A stretch of 64,000 nt of DNA from Paraspadella gotoi (lineage: Eukaryota; Animalia; Chaetognatha), in NCBI GenBank assembly GCA_051294375.1, contig CM119265.1, positions 27,380,839 to 27,444,838 of the forward strand. The letters run 5' to 3'. This document shows positions 1-13,189 of this stretch, one piece after another. Below the pieces are notes generated by a model that was not told the origin of the DNA, ran no database searches, and was given only the letters and a program-made list of their open reading frames with translations. Position 1 is the stretch's first letter. Every line of letters starts with the position of its first letter. The position numbers and the translations under genes were made by a program.

Positions 1-620
1 GGTGGAAAGTGAGAGAAAGGAGGAGGAAGAAGAGAGAGAGAAAGAGAGAGGGAGGAGGAAGAAGATGAAAGGGAGAAAGAGAGAGGTAGGAGGAGAAAGA
101 AGAAATCTGTGACCAATTGAACATTGAAGTGAAAAGAAGAAATAGAAGGAAGAGGGGGAGGAGGAAGAGGAAGAAGAGGAGGAAGAGGAGGAAGAAGCTG
201 AGAAGAAAAGAACTTTCAGATTTTTTTTTTTTGAAAAAATTTATTGTTTCTCGATCTCATTTTGTTCTCAAATCAAAACCAAACATTTTTTCCTTTTCAA
301 AATTAAATTTAATGATTTTTTTTCTTCTTCGATGAAATAAAGATAAAGTTTGTTTCGTTGTTTTTTCTTTGTTTTATTTTTTTTGTTTTAGAAAAAACAA
401 AACAAAACATTTTCCAACTTTTTATTTTTGAAATTTGAGTCCAGTCGATGACGACGACGACGATGACAATTTTGTCGTCTGAAGAAACGACAAAGGAGTT
501 TCTCTAAAAGATGACAACGATATATCGACTGGCTAAAGAAAAAAAATAAGAATGACAATAGAGATCGATGACAAAGGATGCTGACAGCAAAGAATAAAGT
601 AGTGACAACGATAGTACAAC

Positions 621-848
621 TTAAAAATAACCTAAAAGAATGACAAAGACGACGACGACAACGACGAGCGACGTCGAAATCCAACGCGCCGACGAAAAAC
701 GCAATCTTCTTTCCTTTTTCGCTTCTCGTCTTTTCCTCCCTTTTCTTTCCTCCTCTTCCTCTTGTCTCGTTCCTCCTCCTCCTCTCCTCCTCCTCCTTCT
801 CCGCCTCCTTCATCGTCCCATCATTAGCACCATTTCTATGGTTCTTCG
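621..848 (-). CDS. Possible terminal exon ending in a hydrophobic (GPI/tail-anchor-like) C-terminus
   Basis: Pyrimidine tract plus CTACAG| acceptor at 849; distal frame reads RKRREAKKERRLRFSSARWISTSLVVVVVVFVILLGYF*. Requires frame correction within the (GAG)n tract. Confidence 0.3.
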
Positions 849-965
849 CTGTAGAAGAGAAGAAGAGAGAAGAATAAAAAAATCAACTTTTTTTGCGGTT
901 TTTTCTTTTCTCTCTCTCTCTCTCTCTTCTCTCCTCTCTCTCTCTCTCTCTCTGCTCTTCTCTCT

Positions 966-1049
<84 letters not shown>

Positions 1050-1225
1050 GTTTTGTTTTGTTTCGGGAGGAAAAAATCGATGGTTTCGAAAAAAAAGGGG
1101 TAAAAACGGTTGTGGGGAAAATGGGTAATTCTGGCGACGTCATAACGAGGACACTTAAAAGGCGGACGGAAACTCGTAAACCAGGAGAATATGAAGAAGC
1201 AACGGCCGCTATTTTTGGAGGGGGA

Positions 1226-1308
<83 letters not shown>

Positions 1309-4300
1309 GATAAGAGGCTCGTTTACCTGGATAAAACGAATTTACTGCGAGAAAAAAGGGACGCTAAACTACGCTTTAAAAAAACAAAACATCTCAGCGG
1401 CGAAAGAAACAGAAAAACGTTAAAACTGAAAACAAAAATAAATCATAAAACGAAACATATACGGAATACAAAAAAATAGACAAGCACATAAAGTCATCAA
1501 AAAAGCAAAAAGCAAAAAAAAAAAAATAGCAAAGAACGTAAAAAATAAACCAAAACAAAACAAAAAAAAAACGTCGTGAAAGATAAAAAACAAAACAATT
1601 TCCCAGTTTGACTTCGATAATGATTTTTGGCTTTTGTTTTTTTTTGTTTCGCCCAACTTTTTTTTCGTCCTTACTCTTTGGCCTCGTTTCGAAACCTTAC
1701 CCAAATACCCTTCCTCTCATTCGATTCCCTAACCTACCATTTTCTTCTCTTATCTCTTTCCTCTCTCCTCTCATAACCCAGGATTTGCCGTTGCCTCTTC
1801 GTGTCCCATAGGATAGGGGTATCCCTACATAAAACTTCCCACCGTAAACCAATTTAAGCAAATCCCACTTCCTAGTCTTCACAAACCCACTTTTAAAAAC
1901 CTTACCACTTATTTTTCTACTTCCTATTACTTACAATCGCTAGCACTTCACTTACCATTACTTACCATTACTTACCATTAATTACCAGTACTTACCACCT
2001 AGGATTTAAATCGCTACCACATCACTTACCGTTACTTACCGCCTCAATTTTCCTCAAAACCCAAAATCCTATCTTTTCTCCACTTCCCACTACCTCTTCC
2101 CACTCCCACCTCCTCCCACTCCTTCCCACTTTTCCCATCTTTCCAGATCCTATTCCCACTTCCCACTTCTTCCCAACATCCACTTCCAGCTTTTCCCATT
2201 TTCCCAGTTCCTCTTCCCGCTTTTCCCATCTCCCCACATCCTCTTCCCACTTTTCCCATCTCCCCACTCTCCACATTCCCACGTTTCCTCCCACACACAA
2301 AAAAAAACCTTCAACCAAAAATCCTTTCCTCATTTTTCAGCAAAAGCGATCGACGAGTTTTCTCTGTCGTCAGCTGTTTTTTTTTTCTCTCCTCTTTTCT
2401 CTTTTTTTCTTTCCCTTTCCTACACTTTTTATTCCGTCCTTTTCTCTTTCTCTTTTTCCCAACTTTGTTCTTTTTTCTTTCCTTTCCTCCTTTTTCCTCC
2501 TATATTTTTTCTCTTTTTTCCTTTCCTTTCCTCCTTTTTCCTCCTATATTTTTTCTCTTTTTTCCTTTCCTTTTCTCCTTTTTCCTCCTATATTTTTTCT
2601 CTTTTTTCCTTTCCTTTCCTCCTTTTTCCTTCTATCTTTTTTCTCTTTTTTCCTTTCCATTCCTCCTTTTTCCTTCTATCTTTTTTCTCTTTTTTCCTTT
2701 CCTTTCCTCATTTTTTTCCTTTTCCTTTTCCATCTTGCTGCTTTTATCTTTTTCGCCAAATTTCCTCTCGTTTCTCCTAAACATCAGTTTATTGTCTATT
2801 TTAATGACTCCACGCAACGTTATCGATTTGGATGTATTGCATCGAAAATTTGATTGATATATTGATCTCCAAAATGCAATTTTTTAAACTGATTTATCGC
2901 CCGCGATGATTGGTTAATAAATCAAAAAAAAAAAAAAAAAAAAATCAAAAGAACATTCTCGGATTGTTTCACGACTTTAGATCAAAGTTGTTTCGTCGTA
3001 GTTGTTTCGTCGCCGTTTTTTTTCGTCTCCGTTGAGTTTCGGTTTCTCTGTTTTGTCTCCTTGTTTCGCTCGTCACACTTAAGATTTAAATCCGGTTTTC
3101 CTTCGGTCGCCATCCGGACGCGGGACTCAGGGCCAGTTTAAAGTTCCCCCGGCGGAGTGACATGGAGAGCCTGGAATTTATGGCCTTTCTTTTTCTTTTC
3201 AAAACTGGGTCGATTGGCCTTACCTTGCTTTCGGAGATTGGACTTTCATCGCTAATTCAAGACAAGTGAAGCAACGGTCAATTATCACGCTTGATCTTTT
3301 ATTCTTTCCAAACTTCATGTCTGATTTCCGATCGATCGTCAGCGAAGATTGAACTTTGCCTGGATTCGCCATGGGAAACAGTTTGAATGCATCTCATCAA
3401 TTTGATAAATACAATACTCTGTCTATAATTGTATTAATTCTGAAAAGTTAGTTTTTCTCGATATCTCACGAATTAACGGGATGTTTTTTGTTATATGAAA
3501 TTGGTACAACCNNNNNNNNNNNNNNNNNNNNNNNNNNNNNNNNNNNNNNNNNNNNNNNNNNNNNNNNNNNNNNNNNNNNNNNNNNNNNNNNNNNNNNNNN
3601 NNNNNNNNNNNNNNNNNNNNNNNNNNNNNNNNNNNNNNNNNNNNNNNNNNNNNNNNNNNNNNNNNNNNNNNNNNNNNNNNNNNNNNNNNNNNNNNNNNNN
3701 NNNNNNNNNNNNNNNNNNNNNNNNNNNNNNNNNNNNNNNNNNNNNNNNNNNNNNACCACAATATCAAACCTCTTCACCACACGACCACAAAACCACACAA
3801 CCGCCCACTATCCCCCAGACCACCGAACCACCACTCAACCCTCGNNNNNNNNNNNNNNNNNNNNNNNNNNNNNNNNNNNNNNNNNNNNNNNNNNNNNNNN
3901 NNNNNNNNNNNNNNNNNNNNNNNNNNNNNNNNNNNNNNNNNNNNNNNNNNNNNNNNNNNNNNNNNNNNNNNNNNNNNNNNNNNNNNNNNNNNNNNNNNNN
4001 NNNNNNNNNNNNNNNNNNNNNNNNNNNNNNNNNNNNNNNNNNNNNNNNNNNNNNNNNNNNNNNNNNNNNNNNNNNNNNNNNNNNNNNNNNNNNNNNNNNN
4101 NNNNNNNNNNNNNNNNNNNNNNNNNNNNNNNNNNNNNNNNNNNNNNNNNNNNNNNNNNNNNNNNNNNNNNNNNNNNNNNNNNNNNNNNNNNNNNNNNNNN
4201 NNNNNNNNNNNNNNNNNNNNNNNNNNNNNNNNNNNNNNNNNNNNNNNNNNNNNNNNNNNNNNNNNNNNNNNNNNNNNNNNNNNNNNNNNNNNNNATACCT

Positions 4301-4514
4301 CTGAGTCTTAGTCTTCCAATATAAACATTTTGTATTATTTGTACAATTTTCTGCAGCCTCCATACCATTTATTCACAAACTCTAACATCCTCTCCGATTC
4401 ACAATCTCACTTTTTCCGCGTAAACTCACTTTCATTTGCTACCTCTATTGGAGTTCACAATTTTTTTGCGCGGTCACAAATACTCATCTCGACTGAGACT
4501 CACAAACCCCATTG

Positions 4515-4648
4515 ACACGCATCGAATCAGCTTCACAAGCCACATTCACACACATCGAATCACATGCACAAGCAACATTCACAAGCATCGAATCACGTGC
4601 ACAAGCAACATTCACAAGCATCAAATCACGTGCACAAGCAACATTCAT
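4515..4648. repeat. 33-bp minisatellite, about 4 units
   Basis: Unit CACAAGCAACATTCACAAGCATCGAATCACGTG. Confidence 0.85.
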
Positions 4649-4901
4649 ACGCGTCGACTCTTTTTCACTCTCAATTTTTTTCCATCGCCAACGTTTTTCT
4701 CGCCATTTGCTCATAGTCATACGTATCCCGGCACCCCTGCATCCATCCACATCTCCATCCCTGCATCCATCCACACCTCCATCCCTGCGCCCCCCTCTCT
4801 TAGCAGCCATAAATATTCCCAACTTCATTTCACGCATAGTTTAAAAAACATAAAAAGGGGAAAAAAGAGAAGACTTCGTATCACTCGGATGTATAAGTTG
4901 T

Positions 4902-5167
4902 TTGTCACGGTCGAACGTAGCGACTGTCACGTTTGGGGCTCTGTCGTTGTCACGTTGGAGGGAAAAGCTTGTGCGAAAGCCTTGTCACGTTCCATCACAA
5001 AGCTTGTCTAGTTCTATCACAATGCTTGTCACGTTCGTGATTGGCGTTTCTAACGTTCGAAGGCAGGGGTTGCAACGCTTGTCACGTTGGGTGGCAATGC
5101 TTATCTCATTCGATCGCGATGCTTGTCACGTTCTGTCGCGACGCTTGTCACGTTCTCCCGCCACGTT
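4902..5167. repeat. ~22-bp-period array with conserved core GCTTGTCACGTT
   Basis: About 11 cores separated by variable ~10-nt segments; noisy copy at ~12617-12945. Confidence 0.8.
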
Positions 5168-5366
5168 TCTCGCTTTAAGCGGTTCGGCGAAGTCGTAACT
5201 CAGCGATTTTTTTCCTTTTTTTTTTGACATTCATGTTTTTTTTTGGTAGAAATCTAGAGAGGTAGATTGAAAAGAAGATAAGGCAATTACGCAAAAAATG
5301 ACAATCAATTTAATATATGCTTAACAAGCAGTTGTAAATAATTGACAAGTGATATATAGGCGCAAT

Positions 5367-8300
5367 CACGCATAAAACGGCGGTATATTTTTTTCGGCAA
5401 TCCGAGTAAACAAAAGAATTTTCGGAAATGCTTCTTTACCGTGCTTTTTTAAATTTCAGAATCTTTTTTTTAAATTTCTTTTTCCATTAATTATTTTTTT
5501 AACTTCTTTCTCAATTTTTTTTCCACAATTAAATTCCTAACTTACCTCATTTGCATAAAAAAGATTTTTATTCACAAAAAGATAGACGAGAATCTCGCTT
5601 AAAAAAAAATCAACATTTTTTCTAATAGAGGATTTTCCAGTTAAAATCTGACTACACAAATGCAAAACGAGATTGCCAGAAATCTCGGCGTAAAAACAGT
5701 TGTTAAAACACACGATTCCAATTAGGCTTATATCTTAAGAGCTACGCCAAATTCGTCTTATGGCAATTTCATAAAGGATCTAATATCAAACAAGCCAGGG
5801 CGAAAATGCACTAGTCATTCCGGAGATTTTCAAACCTTGTTTTTCTATAGAAAATAAAAGGGAAATTTGCGCTTTTCAAAAATTGTACGGAGGTAGGTAT
5901 GTAACATTTATAAATATTACTTCGAATTTTGAGATTACAAAAGCCTCTTGTTCAAAGCTTGCCAAATTTCTTCTCTTTCATTATCCTGACAACTCTTCAA
6001 TGTAAACCAACATTCTAAGTCCATTGGTACTCTGAGTTTCGACAACATGTGAAATTTTTATTTAATAAGAAATTAAAAAGGAAGGTTGAGAGAAAAAACT
6101 GATTTTTCCTGATATCTCTTGAAGGAACAAGATACACGGGATGGCAATGTACCAAAATGAAAGCCATCAATCATTAGGCACATACAAGTTACAATATTGA
6201 ATTATTTTTGCTGAAACCTCTTTACAGGGTGCAGATGTCCCAAAACTAAGTCAAAATTATAATTGAAATTTTAAAACTAATGGAACCCATAAAAATAAAT
6301 GAAAATTAAAATTACCTTTTTGTGATTCTGAAAGAAAAAGGGCTAAATTGCTACTATAGTAAAACTTTAAAGTTTTTTTGGATAAAGAAAATAATTTTTT
6401 TTTCACTTAAATCTTTGCTTCCACTGTATTACCAAGCATAGCTTACAAATTTACAAAAATTTATTTCACCCCATGCACAGCCTAACTATCTATCTTTCCT
6501 TTTCCCCGCAAAAGCAACCATAATATTTATATGTTACGAGAACAGGAATGTTTACTGAATGAAGACTGGAGGACGTTCAACTACTTTCACTTTTAATGTA
6601 ATTTTTCAATAATTACAATAGGCGAATCCTTTTTAATTATTTAACTCTACGGCTTCACAAGACATTATACTTATAATATCAATGTTAATTTTACTTCAAT
6701 TACTATTTTTTTACGCAGATCATTAAATTACAAGAAAGTTATGGGATTCCCTTCGCGTAAGAAAAAAAAATTAACTAGCGGATTATAAGTTATGTAAGAG
6801 GAAGTTCAGAATCGGCGAAATCTTAAAAGTGCAGAGATTAGGAAGCCCGCTATAGAAAAGAGCAGTGACTTTTATTTCATTATATTTGTTAATATCGATA
6901 GATGTGGAATGACGGAATATTGTAAATCTCAAGTTTCGCTTTAATCGGACCTCAACATTGTGAGAAATCTTAGGAAACCCATCAAATTCCACCCCTTTCT
7001 TTTCAACATTCTCGCCTTTAAGTTTTCGCCGATTCTTGACTTCCTACTTACACAACTATATAATTCGCAAGTTAATTTTTTTTTCTTAAACAGAGCGAAG
7101 GGAATCATACTTTCTGTTATTTTATTTGATTTCTGCGTAAAAATATAATGAATAACATTAACATTGGGATATTATGAACGTAAAATGTCTTGTGAAGCCG
7201 TGAGAGCTTAAAATAATTAAAAGATTCGAGCCTTTTTATATATTGAAAAAAATAGAGCATTAAAGTGAAAAGTAAGCTTGAACGTCTTCCAGCTCATTCA
7301 TGTAACATCCCTGTTCTCTTAACATAAAATAATGGTTTACTTTTTGCTAGATGGAAAAGAAGATAAAATAGTTAGGCTTTTGATGGGTTAATAATATTTT
7401 GTAGAATTTTGTCAAGCATTGCTTTTGTAAATCAGTGAAGCAAATATTTAAGTGAAAAAAATTATATTTCTGTTATCAAAACTTTAAAGTTTTTCTATTA
7501 GTACAATTTTAGCCTTTTTCTTTTCAGAATTCACTAAAAAGAATTTATTTTCATTTATTTTTATGGGGTTTCATAGTTTTAAAATTCATTTATATTTTGA
7601 CTTGTCTTGACACTCACCCTAGTTAAGAGGTTTCAGCAAAAATAAATTCTAATATTGTAAACTTGTACTGTGCCTAATCGTTATGCTTTCATCTTTGGTA
7701 CTATTGCTATCCCATGTATCTTTGTTCCTTCAAAGATATCAGGACAAAAATGCAGTTTTTTCTCTCAACCTTTCCTTTTAATTCTTATTAATAAAAATTT
7801 CCTGTTGTCAAACCGACCAATGGACTTTACAATTGTGGATTTACTATGACAGAGTTGGTCAATAATGAAAAGGAAAAATTTGGCAAGCTCTAGAACCAAG
7901 AGGACTTTTTAAATCTCAACAATTCGAGTAATATTTATATGTAACCATTACCCTGCCCGTTTAACCAATTTTGAAAAGCAAAATTTCCCTTTCATATTCA
8001 TATAAGTAAAAACAAGGTTTGAAAAATTCTCCGGAGATGACTAGTGCATTTCCCTGCGGCTATGTTTGACATTAAATCCTTTATCAAATTGCCATAAGAA
8101 CGAAATTTGGCTAGCTCTTAGATATACGCTTATCGGAATCGTGTGTTTTTTACAACTGTTTTTTACCGAATTTTCTGCAATCTCGATTGCAATTTGGGTA
8201 CGTCAGATTTTACGGAATCTCATTTAGAAAATGTTTGAATTTTTTTTTAACGCGAGATTTCGTCTACGAGAATGTTGAAAAAAAGGGGTGGATTTTGATG

Positions 8301-9020
8301 GGTTTCCTAAGATTTCTCACATGTGAGCCGATTAAAGCAACTTGAGATTATACAATCATATTCCGTTCTTCCACATCTATCGATATAAAAATATAAGGGA
8401 AAAAAAGTCACTGGCTTCTTTTTCTTAGCGGCTTCCTACAAATATCAGATTGGTTTATTTTCATTAGACATTGCATTTCTAAATTCAAATCTTTCCTATG
8501 GTAAGAAAGAGTTAGTTTAAGAATGAGGAGGATGAGGAGGCTGAAGGAGATGAGTTAGATGAAAATCATGAGAGAGAGGAGTGAGAGAGAGACAGTGAGA
8601 GGAGAAAGAAGAGAAGAGACTCTCAAAACTTCTTCAAAAGCAATGTCTTAGATAGTCTATGTTGCCGTGTACCATTGTCAGCAGAATATTGGAGTCGGTA
8701 TCGAATAGAATCTAAAATCTTTATGTAAAAACGACAGGAATTTATCGAAAAGGAAAGTAAAACAATAAAATACGTTCTCAGGATTTTCAAAAAGGACTTT
8801 GTCATTTCGTGACGGCCATACTGAGACATATCCTAAATTTCAGTAACCAGTTGAAAGGTTCTTTTAATCCTCTTGACATTCTCCGTATTCGAACAAAAAA
8901 AAATTTTAGGGAAATTAAATAAAACGAAAGAAAAGATTGACTGAAATCCTCGAAATTCCCAACGCGGGTAAACGTTAAACTATTACCTTTTCGGCAGTTT
9001 TACACCCCGTTTTATGCGTG
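5367..9020. mobile_element. Non-autonomous DNA transposon, CMC-like (CACTA/Mirage/Chapaev) termini, copy 1
   Basis: 14-bp perfect TIRs CACGCATAAAACGG (5367-5380) and CCGTTTTATGCGTG (9007-9020), each flanked by AT (candidate 2-bp TSD). No transposase ORF. Confidence 0.6.
5583..8438. repeat. Long inverted repeat, A-B-A'-B' arrangement
   Basis: A 5583-6829 is reverse-complemented at 7016-8266; B 6839-7014 is reverse-complemented at 8267-8438. Arms differ by many small indels. Repeated at +7823. Confidence 0.9.
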
Positions 9021-9423
9021 ATCAACTTAACGAGTATCAAATAAAATCCTTTGTGAGACGAAATTAAGATAATAATTAAAGAAGTTTTCATAATGAAAAT
9101 AAATTAAATAAAACCTGCACAATATTACTAGTGTTATCAGTATTTTTATGGTTATATTATTCCGTATTTATATTATAGTAAACAAGACGTTCTAAACAAT
9201 AAATCAGGAATAACCGAACAGTTTATACAAATGGCGCATTGGCCGCGTTAGCTCGCGCAACGCACAAGGCTCAAAATGTATATGATCGAATCCAGATGCT
9301 CCTTCAGCCGCTCAGTCAAATAAAACTTATTTCAAAGAAACGAAATGTGTTTGTTCAATTCTTCATCGCAGTTATTTTCGATCAATTTTTCCCCACACAA
9401 AGACTGACCGACCGAGATTCCAA

Positions 9424-10065
9424 AACAACAAAAAAAAAATAAAAAAACAAAAAAATAAAAAATAAAAAAAAAAAAAAAAACAAAAACCAAAAAAATCAAA
9501 AACAACAATCAAATAAAAACAGAAAAAAAAAATATAGAGAAAAATAAAAAACACAAAAAATAAAAAAAACAAAAAACAAAAGAAAAAAACAAAAACATTC
9601 ATAAAGTCAAAAAAAAAAAAACAATAAAAAAAACCTAAAAAATAAAAAAAAAAAAAAACAAAAAGAACACTATAAATACAATAAATAAAAAATCAAAAAA
9701 ACAAAAACGAAATACATAAATAAACAAATAAAATAAAAAAAAAAACAAAAAACCAATAAAAAAAAACAATAAAAAAAATAAACAAAAATAACAGATAACA
9801 ATCACCAAAAAAATAAAAACAATAGAAATACAAACAAAACTAAAAGCAAATAAAAAAAATAATGTAAATAAATAAAAAAAAAAATACAAAAAAATAAAAA
9901 AAAATAAAAAAAAAAACAAACAAACTAAAATAAAAAAAAAAAAAAAAACTAAACAAATACAAATAACAAAAACTAAAAAAAACACAAGATAAAAAAAAAA
10001 TAAACAACAAAAACACTAACAAAACAAAAAAACACAAAAAAAAAAAAAATCAAAAAAAAAATAAA

Positions 10066-10124
<59 letters not shown>

Positions 10125-11005
10125 AATACAACTAAAATAATAAACAAAAAATAAAAAAACAAAAAAAAAAAATAAAAAAAAAAAAAACTCAAAAAAAAAA
10201 AAAACAAAAAACAACAAAAAAAAAAAAAAAAAGAACAAAAAAACCAAATAAAAAACAAAATAAAAAAAAAAAAAACAAAAAAAACATAAGACAACCTAAA
10301 AAAAAAACTAAATAAAAAAAAAAAAAATACATAAACACAAAACTAAAGAAAAACAAAAAAAAAACAAAAAATAAAAAAAAAATAAAAAAAAGAAAAAAAG
10401 ACAACAAAAAAATAAAAAAAACAACACAAGCTAAAAAATAAAAAACAAACACAAAAAAAAAAAACAAAAAACAAAAAACAAAAAAGAAACAAAAAACGAA
10501 AATAAAAAAAAAAAAAAAATAAATCATAAATTCCAAACAAATCTCTTAATATACACTCAACATCACGTCCATACTAGAACGCTATCAGCATACACTCCTC
10601 CACACCAACGACACCACTCGACTCGAAAACACACAAAAATAAAAAAAAAAAAGAAAAAAAAATAAAAAAAAAAAAACAAAAACACTAAAAAAAAAAAACA
10701 AAAAAAAATAAAAACCAAAAAAAACAAAAAAACAAAACACAAGAAAAATACAACAAAAAACAAACCAAAAAAACTAAGAAATAAAAAAAAATTAAAAGGA
10801 CGAAAAAAAAGAAAAAACATAAAAAAAAACACAACAAATTAACATACAAGAAAAAAAAAATCATACAAAAATCATAAAAAAACAAAAACAAAAAAAAAAC
10901 AATCAAACAAAACATGATACAACAAAAAAAAAACAAAAAAAAAAAAAATAAAAACAAAAAAAAAAAAATAAATAACAAAAACAAATAAAATAAAAAAAAC
11001 AACAA

Positions 11006-11046
<41 letters not shown>

Positions 11047-11970
11047 ACTGAAAATAAAAACAAAACAAAAAAGAAAAAAAAAAACATAAAACAAAATAAA
11101 ACAAACAATAAAATAAAAAAAAAAAAAACAAAACAACTAAAACAAAAAAAAAAAAAAAAAACAAAAACAAAAAAAAAAAAAATAAAAACAAAAAAAAAAA
11201 AAAAAATAAAACAAAAAAAAAAATAACAAACAAAAAAAACATAACAAAAAAAAAAAAAAAAAAAAAAAAAAACTAAAAGAAAACCATAAAAAAAAAAACT
11301 AAAAAAAAAAAAAAAAAAAATAAAATTAAACAAGAATAAAAAAAAACGAAAAAAAAAACAAACAAAAAAATAAAACAAAAAACAAAAACAAACAACAAAA
11401 AAAGACACAAAAAACAAACAAAAAAAATAACAAAAAAAAAAAAAAAATAAAACAAAAAAAAAAAAAAAAAAAAAAAACAAACAAACAAAAAAATAAAAAA
11501 CAAAACAAAAAAAAACACACAAAAAACAAAAAAAAAAAAGAAAAAAAACATAAAAACAAAAAAAAACAAAAAACAAAAAACAAAAAAAGATAAAAAACCA
11601 AAAAAAAAAAAATAAAAACAAAAACAAAAATAAAAAAAAAACAAACAAACCAAATAACAATAACAAAATAAAAAAAAAAAAAAGAACACAAAAAAAAAAA
11701 AAAAAAAAAAAAATAAAAAAAAAAAAACAACAAATAGAAAACAAAAAAAACACAAATACAGGTGGGAGGAACAGAACACAAAAAAAACAAAAAGGAAAGA
11801 GAGAGAGGAAGTAGAAGCAAACACGAGAAAAAAAAAAAAACAAAAAAAAAATAAAACAACAAAAAAAACTATGACATAAAAAAACAAAAAAAAACAAGAA
11901 AAAAAAAACAAACTAAATAAACTAAAAAAAAAAAAAAAAAATAAACAAAAAAAAATAAAAATAAAAAAAA
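9424..11970. other. Aperiodic A-rich block, probable low-quality long-read sequence
   Basis: About 2.5 kb of A runs with scattered C/T and almost no G, no repeat unit, sitting between the two duplicated copies. Confidence 0.75.
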
Positions 11971-13189
11971 ACTGCTTTTCCCAAAAAGTGGTCGACTAAG
12001 AGGCAATTGCCTTACCGAAGGGGGAGATAGCCACTATGAGTACTCAAGATAAACAGACAAAAAGTCTCTTTCAACTTATCATTTGCTACTCGAGTTTACA
12101 GAGCCTTGCACGTCTCAGAAATATCTAGACGGGATGGCTCTTACCTCTATTGGAGTTCACAATTTTTTTGCAGCGGTCAAAATACTCATCTCGACTGAGA
12201 CTCACAACCCATTGCACGCATCGAATCAGCTTCACAGCCACATTCACACACATCGACATCACAATGCAAAGCAACATCACAAGCATCGGAATCACGTGCA
12301 CAACAGACATTCACAAGCATCAAATCACTGCACAAAGCAACATTATACAGGCGTCGGACTCTTTTTCACTTCTCAATTTTTTTCCATCGCCAACGTTTTT
12401 CTCGCATTTGCTCATAGTCATTAACGTATCCCCGGCACCCCTGCATCCATCCACACTCCATCCCTGCATTCTCACCTCCATGCATCCTCCAACCTCTCCC
12501 TGCGCACCCCTCTTAGCAGACATAAATATTCCCAACTTCACTTTCACGCATAGTTTAAAAAACATAAAAAGGGAAAAGATGAGAGACTTCGTAATCACTC
12601 GGATGATATAAGTTGTTTGTCACGTCGAACGTAGCCGGACTGTCACACGTTTGGGCTCTGTCGATTGTCACGTTTGAAACTGGCAAAGCTTCGTTCCATC
12701 AAAGCTTGTCTATAGTTCTATCACAATGCTTGTCACGTTTCGTGATTTGAGCGTTTCTACGTTCGGAAGGCAGGGTTGCAACGACTTCGTCACGTTGAGG
12801 TAGGCACATGCTTATCTCATTCGCGAGTGTACGTTCGATGCGTTTCTACGTTTGGGCCATGGTTGACACGCTTGTACGTTGGTGCTGTACACTCGGACTG
12901 CAGATGCTTGTCACGTTCCGACGCTCGAACGTTCATCCCACGTTTCTCGCTTTAAGCGGTTCGGATGAAGTCGTAACTCAGCGATTTTTTCCTTTTTTTT
13001 TGACATTCATGTTTTTGTTTTTTTTAGAGAAATCTAGGAGGTAGATTGAAAAGGAAGATAAGCAATTAGCAAAAAATGCAATCAATCATATAGTCAAATA
13101 GAAGATGATATTTATAAATGCTGATATTTTTGGTTTCCAATTTCAAGAACAAGATTGTAAATAATTGACAAGTGATATATAGGCGCAAT

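Noticed and set aside
1700-3400. Minus-strand exon-like pieces (~1711-1890, ~2041-2080, ~3090-3372)
   Set aside because: Donor motifs are present but phases do not join and the peptides are unrecognisable.
3423-4368. ORFs spanning N runs (also at 31.6-33.0, 35.8-36.9, 46.5-46.9, 51.6-52.5 kb)
   Set aside because: Open only because gaps contain no stop codons.
4436-5011. 191-aa ORF with His/Cys repeats (HRITCTSNIHK)
   Set aside because: Product of a 33-bp minisatellite open in several frames; no zinc-finger spacing or splice support.
4902-5167. CRISPR-like repeat/spacer look
   Set aside because: Repeats 12 nt and spacers ~10 nt, eukaryotic locus, no cas genes.
9372-11911. Many long Phe-rich minus-strand ORFs
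   Set aside because: Translations of the aperiodic A-rich block; no coding signal.
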